A stretch of DNA of 64,000 nt. Origin: an uncultured Candidatus Saccharibacteria bacterium (GTDB lineage Bacteria; Patescibacteriota; WWE3; UBA101185; UBA10185). The stretch covers positions 355,508 through 419,507 of the forward strand of contig CAYLVW010000001.1 of NCBI GenBank assembly GCA_964387275.1. Direction: 5' to 3'. Below are positions 28,337 through 38,334 of this stretch, in pieces. The position numbers and the translations under genes are program-made. The notes under the pieces are model-generated. The model saw only the letters and a program-made list of their open reading frames with translations. It was not told the DNA's origin and searched no databases. Positions within the stretch are counted from its first letter, which is position 1. Each line of letters starts with the position of its first letter.

Positions 28337-30775
28337 CTACTTTGTAACAAAACTCAAAATCTTACCTTGAACATAAACAACCCTTACAACAGTTCCCAAT
28401 AAAAACTTTGAAATAGCAGAATCAGATTTAGCTAAACGTACAGCCTCTTCTTCGGTTGTCGTAGGAGAAAGAGTAACAAGACCTCGAACCTTACCGTTTA
28501 CCTGAACAGCTACCTTCATAGACTCTTCCTTAAATTCATCGCCACTTAACACAGGCCAACTCTGAACATGAATACTATTTTTAGCATCCCAGATTGCATT
28601 AGAATGTAATTCCTGCCACAGATCTTCTGTAACAAAAGGCGCAAATGGTGCTAACAAAATTAAGAGCTTTTTATATGTTTTAACATTTAAACTACCTGAT
28701 GCTTTTACTATGTTGGTGAATTTCATAAACTCACTAACAGCGGTGTTCATTTTCAGGTTATCACACATATAAGTAATATTTTTAATGAGGGTATTCATAC
28801 CCCTTTCTACCTCAGCACTCTCTGCATCTGTAACCTTATCCTTTAACATATACACACTACTAACCAGCTTATAGGTTGCTTTTATACCAGAGGGATTCCA
28901 TGGATATGTATCTTCATAGGGGCCTATAAAACAAATGTATAACCTTAAAGCATCGGCACCGTAGGCATCTGCCATCTCTATTGGATCAATTATGTTACCA
29001 ATAGATTTGGACATTTTTCTGCCATCAGGGCCTAGTAACAAACCACCGGTCATTCTCCATGAATAAGGCTCTTGGGTAGGAAGTAATCCCTGATCATAAA
29101 GGAACTTATGCCAAAACCTTGAATACAATAGATGCAAGGTAATATGCTCAGACCCTCCAAAATATTTATCAACAGGCAACCAATACTCCATCTTTTTTGG
29201 GTCAGCAAACTGTTTGTCATTCTTAGGATCCAGATATCTTATATAGTACCAGCAAGATCCTGCCCAGTTTGGCATTGTATTTGTTTCTCTGGTTGCAGGA
29301 TTTCCCAATGAATCAATGGTCTGCAACCATTTACTATTTTTGGTCAGTGGGGAATTTCCATCTGCAGTAGGTGAAAAATCTGAAACATCTGGAAGAACTA
29401 ATGGCAATATTTCATTTACTTTTTCAAAATCACTTGTTTTAACTATGGCCTCTACAGTACCATCACTTTTATGTAAAACAGGAATAGGCTCACCCCAGTA
29501 TCTTTGCCTAGAAAATAACCAGTCTCGTATTTTATAAGTTACTTTTGAAAAACCTTTAGATTCCTCTTTCAACCTTTCAATAACCTTTAAGAAAAAATCA
29601 CTACTTTTAACACCATTGTATCCATGTGAATTAATCATCTGACCTGCTTCATCAATAACTGGAATAATAGGTAGCTTAGAAACAATTGCAAATTCTTTAT
29701 CTCTATCGTCGTGTGCAGGAACCCCCATAATAACCCCAGTACCATAGTCGTTTAATACATAGTCAGCAACATAAATTGGCACCGTATCCTTGCTTTCTGA
29801 AAAAGGGTGTTTAGCAACAAATCCTTTAACTTCTACACCAGTTTTTACTTTGCTAGATCTTCGTTCTAAGTCAGTCTTACTTTTTGATAACTCGATATAA
29901 GAATGTACTTCCTCCCAATTACTTATTTTTGATCTTAAACTGGATAACAAGGAGTTTTCAGGAGAAATAGCAATAAAAGATACTCCAAAAATAGTGTCAG
30001 GACGAGTAGTATAAACTTCTGCATCCTCTAACTTGGCACCGTCAGCGTCTACCAACTCAAAAGTAATCTGAGCTCCCTCACTTCTACCGATCCAATTAGT
30101 TTGTGCAGATTTAATAGATTCAGGGAAATCCACCAAACTTAAACCTTCAATAAGCTTATCTGCATATTTTGTAATTTTTAACGTCCACTGTTTAACATTT
30201 TTCCTAACCACTGGATGATTACCGCGTTCGGAAATCTTGTTACCATCCTTATCGGTAAGCACCTCTTCCTCTGCAAGAACAGTCTTGAGTTCCTCACACC
30301 ACCAAACAGGTGATTCTTTATACTCTGCAAGACCTGCTTCAAAAAACTTCAAAAACATCCATTGTGTCCATTTGTAGTAATCGGGGTTACTCGTAACAAC
30401 CTCTCTATCCCAATCAAAACCATAACCCATTCTCTTAAAAGATTCAGTATAATTTCTAATTGCTTCTTCTGTCGTAACAGACGGATGTATTCCTGTTTTT
30501 ACTGCAAAATTTTCCGCAGGTAATCCAAAGGAGTCATAGCCCATTGGAAATAACACATTGTAACCATTCATTCTAAGAAAACGGGAATAAACATCGGGCA
30601 CGGTATACCTCATCATATGCCCAGCATGCAACGCCTTACCAGAAGGGTAGGGAAACTCAGCTAAAATATATTTTTTAGGCTTACTAGAAAAATCCTCCGC
30701 CTTAAAAATATTATCCTTATACCAACCATCGGACCATTTCTTTTCAACTTTTGTGTGATCGTAAACACGAGTCAT
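28337..30775 (-). CDS. leuS: Leucyl-tRNA synthetase
   Basis: 812 aa. HIGH-type motif HAGH and KMSKS motif. Class I aaRS editing and anticodon-binding regions present. Confidence 0.95.
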   Translation of the reverse strand: MTRVYDHTKVEKKWSDGWYKDNIFKAEDFSSKPKKYILAEFPYPSGKALHAGHMMRYTVPDVYSRFLRMNGYNVLFPMGYDSFGLPAENFAVKTGIHPSVTTEEAIRNYTESFKRMGYGFDWDREVVTSNPDYYKWTQWMFLKFFEAGLAEYKESPVWWCEELKTVLAEEEVLTDKDGNKISERGNHPVVRKNVKQWTLKITKYADKLIEGLSLVDFPESIKSAQTNWIGRSEGAQITFELVDADGAKLEDAEVYTTRPDTIFGVSFIAISPENSLLSSLRSKISNWEEVHSYIELSKSKTDLERRSSKVKTGVEVKGFVAKHPFSESKDTVPIYVADYVLNDYGTGVIMGVPAHDDRDKEFAIVSKLPIIPVIDEAGQMINSHGYNGVKSSDFFLKVIERLKEESKGFSKVTYKIRDWLFSRQRYWGEPIPVLHKSDGTVEAIVKTSDFEKVNEILPLVLPDVSDFSPTADGNSPLTKNSKWLQTIDSLGNPATRETNTMPNWAGSCWYYIRYLDPKNDKQFADPKKMEYWLPVDKYFGGSEHITLHLLYSRFWHKFLYDQGLLPTQEPYSWRMTGGLLLGPDGRKMSKSIGNIIDPIEMADAYGADALRLYICFIGPYEDTYPWNPSGIKATYKLVSSVYMLKDKVTDAESAEVERGMNTLIKNITYMCDNLKMNTAVSEFMKFTNIVKASGSLNVKTYKKLLILLAPFAPFVTEDLWQELHSNAIWDAKNSIHVQSWPVLSGDEFKEESMKVAVQVNGKVRGLVTLSPTTTEEEAVRLAKSDSAISKFLLGTVVRVVYVQGKILSFVTK

Positions 30776-31019
30776 AATAGTAATTTATACAGCTGAAACA
30801 CTCCAAAATCAATATATTGGCTGTGTGATAGAAGATTTTGGCACAATACTATAAACTTTACTTTTAAGATGCAATCTAGGTAAAAATAACCATAGAGCAG
30901 ACAAATATCGAATTTACTGTATGCACCAGTAGTTTAAAACCCTACTAAAACGGTACTTAAAAATCACACTGACCTGATAGTTGATTTTTAGTCAATTTTA
31001 TTATAATATTCACATCTGT

Positions 31020-31196
31020 ATGGCAAAGAAAAAAGGAAACCGATTCTTAATAGCTCTGGAATGCACCGAAACAGGTGATAGGCTTTATGTAACCCAAAAA
31101 AACAGGATCAACTCTCCCGAGAAGATGCAAATCAAAAAATTCAACAAAAAGCTAAGAAAGCACACAGTACATAAAGAAGTACAGCGATTAAAATAA
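31020..31196 (+). CDS. rpmG: 50S ribosomal protein L33 (C- form)
   Basis: MAKKKGNRFLIALECTETGDRLYVTQKNRINSPEKMQIKKFNKKLRKHTVHKE matches L33. The upstream in-frame extension was rejected. Confidence 0.75.
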   Translation: MAKKKGNRFLIALECTETGDRLYVTQKNRINSPEKMQIKKFNKKLRKHTVHKEVQRLK

Positions 31197-31265
31197 TAAA
31201 TCCCGCTTAAGTAAACCATACCTACTTACATTGACATAAACCATAACTGACGTTAGCATGGTGTA

Positions 31266-32006
31266 ATGTTTAATACCCTAATAGAAAAAATAAAGCTTAT
31301 TACAAATAGATTTAACCTTTTTAACAATTTTGTCTCAGTGTTTATTATCCTTCTTCTAACCTTTGTTTCCTTCAGTGCAGGAGTGATGTATGCAGATCTC
31401 ACTAGTGGAAACTTTCAAAAAGCAAATAATAATACCGCAGGCTCAGTTAAGCAGGTGGCAGGGCAGATTGAAAACTTGGTCAAACCCAACGAAAAAGATA
31501 ATGTCAGAGGAAACAAAAATGCAAAAATTGCACTTATTGAGTATTCAGATATTGACTGTCCATTCTGTAAGCAGTTCCACTCAACAGCCATAGAAATATT
31601 AAAACAGTATGAAGGGGAGGTTATGTGGGTGCATAGAGATTTTCCAATAGATTCACTACACCCTGAGGCTTCAAAAAAAGCTATCGCGGCTGCTTGTGTC
31701 AGCCAACTATCTGGTAACGACAGTTATTGGAAATTTATAGATATTCTCTACGAGCGAGCAGAAAAAGCCTCAGATCTTGAAAATATAGCAATAGAAATTG
31801 GGGTAGACAAAACAAAATTTAATGATTGCTATACAAACAGCAAAACTAAGTCTGATGTTCTACAAGACTATAATGATGGAATTAAAGCAGGTGTTCAGGG
31901 AACTCCTGGTAACTTTGTGATGAACGTAGAAACCGGAAAATCTTTAGAACTAAGAGGGGCGGTACCTGCCGAAGAAGTTGCTCAGGCAATTGAATCAGTC
32001 AAATAG
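31266..32006 (+). CDS. DsbA-family thiol:disulfide oxidoreductase with N-terminal TM anchor
   Basis: CPFC active site in YSDIDCPFCKQFH, within a DsbA-like fold. Confidence 0.7.
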   Translation: MFNTLIEKIKLITNRFNLFNNFVSVFIILLLTFVSFSAGVMYADLTSGNFQKANNNTAGSVKQVAGQIENLVKPNEKDNVRGNKNAKIALIEYSDIDCPFCKQFHSTAIEILKQYEGEVMWVHRDFPIDSLHPEASKKAIAAACVSQLSGNDSYWKFIDILYERAEKASDLENIAIEIGVDKTKFNDCYTNSKTKSDVLQDYNDGIKAGVQGTPGNFVMNVETGKSLELRGAVPAEEVAQAIESVK

Positions 32007-32032
32007 ATGCCTTTTCTAGTGATCCTAGGATC

Positions 32033-33121
32033 CTAGTATACCTGATTCGAAAGTTTCTCCATAAGGGATGAGTAAAATCTCAAATTATGTGCCGTTGCCA
32101 AACTTATACAGCTTGTGTCTTTGATTCGAAATAAGTGGTTCAAATAAGCCCTGGAATGAGTAATACAAAGCTCACAATCGCAAAAAGCAGAAACTCTAGA
32201 AAAATCTTTAGAATACTTACCCTGTCCAATATTAAGATAACTACTAGACAAACCAAAATCATTAAAAGTATATAACCTTTTATGTCTGGCATCTCGTGTA
32301 GGTAATACACAATCAAACATATCGTACCCCATCTCAACACAATTTATGATATCTCCAGGTTTACCGACTCCCATAGCATATTTGGGCTTGTCACTGGGCA
32401 TAATACTGCAAACATAAGATACAATGTCTGTAAGAAAAGCCTTATTTTCATCCACAGGCCAACCCCCATAAGCGTACCCGTCAAACCCAACCTCAATCAG
32501 AGCATCAGCACATCTCTTTCTGAGCTCTTTAATGTCACCGCCTTGAACTATTGCAAAGAGCTTAGGTCGATTTTCAACTGGAGTATTAGCAAATAGTTTT
32601 TCGAAATGCACTTTACACCTCTTAGCCCATCGTACGGTTCGTTCTACAGAGATTTCTTGGGTAGCTAAATCTTCTTTTGGGTCAGTACAATCATCTAAAC
32701 ACATAATTATATCTGAGCCTATCTTTTTTTGAGTCTCAATGCAGGATTCTGGGGTCAGAACTGTAAGCTTAGGTTGCTCATTAGGATTTAAAGCCATATA
32801 AAATTCTGCCCCATCTTCAGTAATAAGACCATTTTTTGAATTGGCATGGATAAGAGACATAACCTGGAATCCCCCAGAGTCAGAAATTACAGGCAAGTTA
32901 TGACCCATAAAATTATGTATCCCCCCTACTTCAGCTAAAATATCCACCAACCCCTCATGCATTATGTGATAGGTATTAACAACAATCCCTGTAGTTTTTG
33001 TACGCAATAAATCATTTGTAGGTAAACCCTTAATAACAGCCTTTGTGGCATCAGGAAAAAAACATGGAAAATTAAGTGTTTTCCCTCTTAAGTTAATACT
33101 TTTTAGAACGCTTTTTGGCAT
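32033..33121 (-). CDS. tgt: Queuine tRNA-ribosyltransferase (tRNA-guanine transglycosylase)
   Basis: Zinc site CDCELCITHSRAYLNHL (CxCxxC...H) and catalytic Asp region. Confidence 0.85.
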   Translation of the reverse strand: MPKSVLKSINLRGKTLNFPCFFPDATKAVIKGLPTNDLLRTKTTGIVVNTYHIMHEGLVDILAEVGGIHNFMGHNLPVISDSGGFQVMSLIHANSKNGLITEDGAEFYMALNPNEQPKLTVLTPESCIETQKKIGSDIIMCLDDCTDPKEDLATQEISVERTVRWAKRCKVHFEKLFANTPVENRPKLFAIVQGGDIKELRKRCADALIEVGFDGYAYGGWPVDENKAFLTDIVSYVCSIMPSDKPKYAMGVGKPGDIINCVEMGYDMFDCVLPTRDARHKRLYTFNDFGLSSSYLNIGQGKYSKDFSRVSAFCDCELCITHSRAYLNHLFRIKDTSCISLATAHNLRFYSSLMEKLSNQVY

Positions 33122-33152
33122 GTTTTTATTGTATTTGTGCTAATATATACGA

Positions 33153-33830
33153 ATGAATCAGGGTAGATTATATCTTGTATCAGGCCCAATTGGAAATTTC
33201 AATGATATTACGCTAAGAGCAATAGATATTTTAAAATCCTCAGACATAATATTATCGGAAGATACAAGAGAAACATCAAAACTATTAAATAATTTAAATA
33301 TTAAAGCTGAGCAAATCTCATACAGAGACCAAAATCATGAACGGATAATAGACACTGTCTTAGGCTTATTAGAAGAAGGGAAGGTACTAAGTTTGGTCTC
33401 AGACTCAGGAACTCCCGTGATATCTGATCCAGGATTTAAACTTGTCAGAGAATTAAAGAATAAAAATATCAATGTTGTACCGGTTCCGGGACCTACAGCT
33501 GCAATGACAGCTATATCTGCCTCAGGACTTCCTACAGATAGGTTTGTTTTTCTGGGTTTTTTGCCTAAAACATCCGGAAGAAGACAAAATCTTTTAAAAA
33601 TATACGGTGATCTTGATAATACCTTGATTATTTATGAATCACCCTATAGAATAGTCAAACTTCTTGAGGAGATTTTAGAAACCCTCGGTGACAGAAAAGT
33701 CTGTTTAGCAAGAGAGCTTACTAAAATCCATGAGGAAATCGTTACTGATAAAGTAAGTATTTTGTTGGAGAAAACAAAAAACAGATCCCCTAAAGGTGAA
33801 TTTGTTGTAATGGTCTCAAAGGAAGACTAA
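33153..33830 (+). CDS. rsmI: 16S rRNA (cytidine1402-2'-O)-methyltransferase
   Basis: Tetrapyrrole-methylase fold N-terminus LYLVSGPIGNFNDITLRAIDILKSSDIILSEDTR. Confidence 0.85.
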   Translation: MNQGRLYLVSGPIGNFNDITLRAIDILKSSDIILSEDTRETSKLLNNLNIKAEQISYRDQNHERIIDTVLGLLEEGKVLSLVSDSGTPVISDPGFKLVRELKNKNINVVPVPGPTAAMTAISASGLPTDRFVFLGFLPKTSGRRQNLLKIYGDLDNTLIIYESPYRIVKLLEEILETLGDRKVCLARELTKIHEEIVTDKVSILLEKTKNRSPKGEFVVMVSKED

Positions 33831-33838
33831 TCTAACCA

Positions 33839-35887
33839 ATGGAACACAAAGTCCTAGAACAAGAAAAAAGCCATTTAAAATCAGTTCAACAGAAATTAAT
33901 CGAATCAAAAAACTTTATAGAGGATGGGATGAAAGCTTTAGGCGATAAGAATCTAGAAACTCTTAAAGATCTTAGGGAAAATAGAGAAACGAATGGAGCA
34001 GATTTATTCTTTTTTATAGAGCAATTAGATGAACAAAACAAGGCATTTAATATTAAAGATAAATATCAAAGGCTGGAAGAAATTAAATCACTTCTAAAAG
34101 AAACCTATTTTGCAAGACTAAATTTAAAAGACCCTGTTTCGAAAATTGAAGAAGCTTACTATATTGGTAAATTTGGCTTTACTGATGATAAACCAGAAGT
34201 TATAGATTGGAGAGCAAAAGTCGCCTCAGTTTATTATAGATATAGATATCCGCAAAACGGAGTAACCTACGACACTCCAGATGGCTTAGTTACAAAAGAC
34301 TTAACACTAAAACGAAGTTTTGAAATGGACAATGGTGATCTAATTAAATACTTTAACAATGATATACAGCTGGACGAATCTCAAATCTTAAACTCAAAAC
34401 TGGAAAAAAGAACAGGAGGTGTATTGGAAGATATTGTCGAAACTATTCAAGAGTCTCAGTTAAATATCATTGAAGCGGATCCAAGACAAATATCTATAGT
34501 ACAAGGTTGTGTGGGTAGTGGAAAAAGCACTGTAGCAATACATAAACTTTCACACATTTTTTTTAACTTCCCTGAATTGATTCATCCTGAACGTTCAATA
34601 CTTATTGCAAAAAACCAAATACTTGTAGGATATTTATCAACACTATTTCCAAAACTTGGAATATTTGATATCAACTATAAGACACTAAAGGATCTGTTGG
34701 TTAACATCGTTTTTGGGGAAGGCTTAAGGATAAAATACGACTTCTCACTAGGTACTGATATAACTAAATACAACATAAAAACGCATGAGCTTTTACACCA
34801 TAGGTTAAGGTCCATTGCCGAAAAGTATGATCTTGAAATGACTGAATTATTAGAAACAAAGGAATTTGAAAGTTTTGCAGGGTATGTATACAACTACAAC
34901 CAAACACCTTATCAAAACTATTCAGAATGTATCGCAGAACTCGAAGAAGAAATTGATATTCAACAATATAACTTAACAGAACATGCCGGCTCATCCAGGG
35001 AAATGCTTTGGAAAGACAATGTCAAAACCTTAAAAAAACTAATCAATAAACTCAAAAAAATCAGAACTACTATCAAAGAAACTACACTTCTGGAAATTAT
35101 CAAAGAACTTAAAATTAATCATCATTCAAAACTTGGTTACTACGAAACACTACTATATACATACGTTTATTCCGAGGTAGTGGGAATAGAAGCAATTAGA
35201 AAATTTGAGTACTGTGTGGTGGATGAGGGCCAAGATTTCGGGTTATTGGAGTTTGCTGTACTTAGTAAAGCTGTTATAAACGGTAGATTTTGCATTCTAG
35301 GTGATCTTAATCAATCCTACCAAAATGAAGGCCTAACGAAGTGGGAAGATATATCTCAAGTAATACGTGAAGCTAAGAATGCTCAAACATTTGAATTAGA
35401 TACTAATTATAGAAGCACAAAACAGATAATTGAATTTGCTAACACAATATTAAAACCTTATACGGAAAAATACTTACCTAAGTCCATTAATAGAGTAGGG
35501 CTCAAACCAATGTATGAAGTAGTAGAATCTAGCCTAGATGCAGTTGAAAAAACAAAAAATCTTCTTAAATCTGAACTAGCAAATTTAGATAAGAGTATAG
35601 GGATAATCTGTTACGATATAGACGCGTTTACTGAACTTGATAAGTTTCTAACTCATATGAATCTTCCAGAGGATCAGTATGTAAAATTAGACCCAAGCAA
35701 GAAAATATCATACCTACCTAAAGGGCTCTACTTAACAAAATTTGAAGATTGCAAGGGACTGGAATTTTCAAAAGTATATGTTTTAGGTAACAAACTATCA
35801 CTAATTAGTACTTACACTGAGGCTAAAAAGTATTTTGTAGCTTCAACCAGAGCTATGAATGAACTTGTAATTTTTGATGTTAAGTAG
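33839..35887 (+). CDS. UvrD/Rep-family superfamily-1 helicase with ~200-aa N-terminal coiled-coil extension (HelD-like)
   Basis: Walker A GCVGSGKST, motif II VVDEGQDF, and a C-terminal UvrD-like 2B/2A region. Confidence 0.6.
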   Translation: MEHKVLEQEKSHLKSVQQKLIESKNFIEDGMKALGDKNLETLKDLRENRETNGADLFFFIEQLDEQNKAFNIKDKYQRLEEIKSLLKETYFARLNLKDPVSKIEEAYYIGKFGFTDDKPEVIDWRAKVASVYYRYRYPQNGVTYDTPDGLVTKDLTLKRSFEMDNGDLIKYFNNDIQLDESQILNSKLEKRTGGVLEDIVETIQESQLNIIEADPRQISIVQGCVGSGKSTVAIHKLSHIFFNFPELIHPERSILIAKNQILVGYLSTLFPKLGIFDINYKTLKDLLVNIVFGEGLRIKYDFSLGTDITKYNIKTHELLHHRLRSIAEKYDLEMTELLETKEFESFAGYVYNYNQTPYQNYSECIAELEEEIDIQQYNLTEHAGSSREMLWKDNVKTLKKLINKLKKIRTTIKETTLLEIIKELKINHHSKLGYYETLLYTYVYSEVVGIEAIRKFEYCVVDEGQDFGLLEFAVLSKAVINGRFCILGDLNQSYQNEGLTKWEDISQVIREAKNAQTFELDTNYRSTKQIIEFANTILKPYTEKYLPKSINRVGLKPMYEVVESSLDAVEKTKNLLKSELANLDKSIGIICYDIDAFTELDKFLTHMNLPEDQYVKLDPSKKISYLPKGLYLTKFEDCKGLEFSKVYVLGNKLSLISTYTEAKKYFVASTRAMNELVIFDVK

Positions 35888-35903
35888 GTAATATAGTATT
35901 AAC

Positions 35904-37430
35904 ATGTTTTTAAAAACTAGAATTTTTCTAAAAAACAACTACCTTTTATTGATCGTTATAGTAATTGCTTCCGTTTTAAGGTTTACTCATTTAGGCTATT
36001 CAGATTATCAAGGCGATGAAATAAAAGCCTTATTTATGCCAGGATCCGATGAGACAGCCACTGAGTTTCTTTTAGATCAAAGAAAAGGACCTGTACAGTT
36101 TTTGATCACAATGATTGTAAGCTTTATAAACCCAGGATACGATAATCAACTTCTTACTAGATTGCCTTTTGCTATTGCAAGTTTTTTAGCAGTTATTCTT
36201 TTTTATAAATTTGTAGAAATAATATTTGGCAAGAAAGTTGCTTTTTTTGCGTCTTTCTTTTTTGCAACTAATGGGTTTTTGGTAGCGTTCGCGAGAATAG
36301 TACAATATCAGTCTTTTATTCTATTCTTTGAATTCTTAGCACTTTATCTTCTATCATTAGCAGCATACAAACCAAATAATAAATATAACGTTGTATTTAT
36401 CTACCTAGGTCTATCAGCGTGGGCAATGTCTATACTTTCTCATTACAATGGTATTTTTATTGCACCATTTGCTTTTTATTTTTTGTATAAGTGGTTTAAA
36501 ACAGCTAGTTACAACTACAAGTTTAAGCTTTTTAATTTTATTCTTGCAGGATCTGTAAGTGCAGGATTACTACTTGCTTTCTATGTACCATTTGTTTTTT
36601 CTATCAAGGATGCAACTTTAGCGTATTGGAGTAATAGAGTTTCTGGGGGAGATGGTAAAGTATCTAGCTCTTATTACCTTTTTACTGTATATCAACCTAT
36701 TTATGTTATCCATATGTATGTGGGGCTATTTGTACTCGGACTACTTACCTTCATTAAACGTAACTTCTTCAGCCATATTGAAAAATTTCTTGTAATATTG
36801 TGGGGGTTACTTCCGCTTATTTTTTTGGAGCTTGTAATAAATCTACCAGGAACTCATATATTCAATTATCTGGTACCCGGAATGATAATGATGGGTTTTG
36901 GCGTTAATTTTATACATGAAGTGTTAGGTAGGGTTTTAAGGCAAAAAATTCTTTGTAACTTCGTCTTTTCAATCGGGGTATTTACTGTCTTTACATTTAT
37001 TGCACTTCAAAGCTATTTTATTTTTGTTGATCATAAAAGTGAATACCCATGGGAAAATGAAAAATTCTTTGTGTGGAACTTTAGTAAACCTAGCGCTTCC
37101 TATCACCTGAGTTTATTTGGATTTCCATATAGTAGAGAATGGGAAGAAGTCAGGAATTTTATAAAACTACAATCAGCCAGCTCTTTTTATACTACAAACG
37201 AAAGAGATAGTATAGTTAGATACTATGTTCCTCTGGTAAAAAGCGGTGAAAATATTGGTTACTACATTTACGTACTAAATCCTCAATCTTTTACTGATAA
37301 AATCTTAAATGAAAGGGCAAAAGCTTGGGTTGATGAAAATGAACCGGTTAATATAATAAAAAAAGAGGGCAAAGAACTAGTAAAAATTTATTACCTCCCA
37401 CCTAATTTTCAGCCGCTGAGTGCTAAATAA
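35904..37430 (+). CDS. Glycosyltransferase family 39 / ArnT-like membrane glycosyltransferase
   Basis: Multi-TM protein with an N-terminal YSDYQGDE(I) loop motif characteristic of PMT/ArnT-type enzymes. Confidence 0.55.
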   Translation: MFLKTRIFLKNNYLLLIVIVIASVLRFTHLGYSDYQGDEIKALFMPGSDETATEFLLDQRKGPVQFLITMIVSFINPGYDNQLLTRLPFAIASFLAVILFYKFVEIIFGKKVAFFASFFFATNGFLVAFARIVQYQSFILFFEFLALYLLSLAAYKPNNKYNVVFIYLGLSAWAMSILSHYNGIFIAPFAFYFLYKWFKTASYNYKFKLFNFILAGSVSAGLLLAFYVPFVFSIKDATLAYWSNRVSGGDGKVSSSYYLFTVYQPIYVIHMYVGLFVLGLLTFIKRNFFSHIEKFLVILWGLLPLIFLELVINLPGTHIFNYLVPGMIMMGFGVNFIHEVLGRVLRQKILCNFVFSIGVFTVFTFIALQSYFIFVDHKSEYPWENEKFFVWNFSKPSASYHLSLFGFPYSREWEEVRNFIKLQSASSFYTTNERDSIVRYYVPLVKSGENIGYYIYVLNPQSFTDKILNERAKAWVDENEPVNIIKKEGKELVKIYYLPPNFQPLSAK

Positions 37431-37945
37431 TGCCCATACAACTGCTTAAAGACTTGATAATAGGAGTGAGTGAATTTGGTAATCAGCCAATTTTTGTACT
37501 TTTTACTATACTTATAACCGCACTACTTTTACTGCATAATAAGCTAACAAAAGACTTCTTATTTTTAATGCTAAGCTCACTTAGCTACCCTTACTCATTA
37601 ATACTTAAAGAGATCTTCAAGATTGAAAATCCTGCAAGAGAAGGCATGGCAATGTATTTTGAGGGAGATAAGTACACCTTTCCCTCTTCACACGTTGTTT
37701 TCTACACAGTTTTTTTTGGATATATCTTTTTCTTAACATATTTACGCAACTCTAAATTATCTAAACAATCTAAAATAACGCTTCAAATACTATGCTTAGT
37801 GATGATTCTTTTTGTAGGAGCGTCTAGAATTTTACTTGGCTACCACTCAGTATTGGATGTAGCGGCAGGGTATGTTTTTGGAAGCTTGTACTTAGCTCTT
37901 ATTATTGTTCTGAGCAATTTAGAAAACGGAAATAAAATAGGGTAA
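37430..37945 (+). CDS. PAP2-family phosphatase
   Basis: PSSH and SRILLGYHSVLDV match PAP2 motifs 2 and 3. Membrane protein. Confidence 0.65.
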   Translation: MPIQLLKDLIIGVSEFGNQPIFVLFTILITALLLLHNKLTKDFLFLMLSSLSYPYSLILKEIFKIENPAREGMAMYFEGDKYTFPSSHVVFYTVFFGYIFFLTYLRNSKLSKQSKITLQILCLVMILFVGASRILLGYHSVLDVAAGYVFGSLYLALIIVLSNLENGNKIG

Positions 37946-38293
37946 GAAAACGTATATAAATACCATCACTGCAACAAATGAATTTACAAGCACAAAAGCC
38001 GCAGACATATCTTTTATAACTTTTGCACCCTCATGGTGCTCTTTTATTAAGTGGTCAATAAATTCCTCAATCACGGTATTTAAAATCTCAGCACCTAGTA
38101 ACATTCCACAGGATATTACTACTAAAACCCAGCTTAAAGCATCTATATGAAAAAATAGAGCAAGCAAAAAGGATAAAATCATAAATACAGTCTGGAGTCT
38201 AAAGTTAGCCTCGTTAACAAAAACATGTTTAAGACCCGCAAAAGCATACTTGAAACTGTTTAAATGTCTTCTGGGATGATGAGACTTAAGCAT
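37919..38293 (-). CDS. dgkA: Diacylglycerol/undecaprenol kinase (DgkA family)
   Basis: 124-aa three-TM protein with conserved NEANFR and EILNTVIEEFIDH segments. Confidence 0.65.
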   Translation of the reverse strand: MLKSHHPRRHLNSFKYAFAGLKHVFVNEANFRLQTVFMILSFLLALFFHIDALSWVLVVISCGMLLGAEILNTVIEEFIDHLIKEHHEGAKVIKDMSAAFVLVNSFVAVMVFIYVFLPYFISVF

Positions 38294-38334
38294 ACTTACA
38301 TCATACTAGCACTTTGAGGTATAATCCATAAGAT

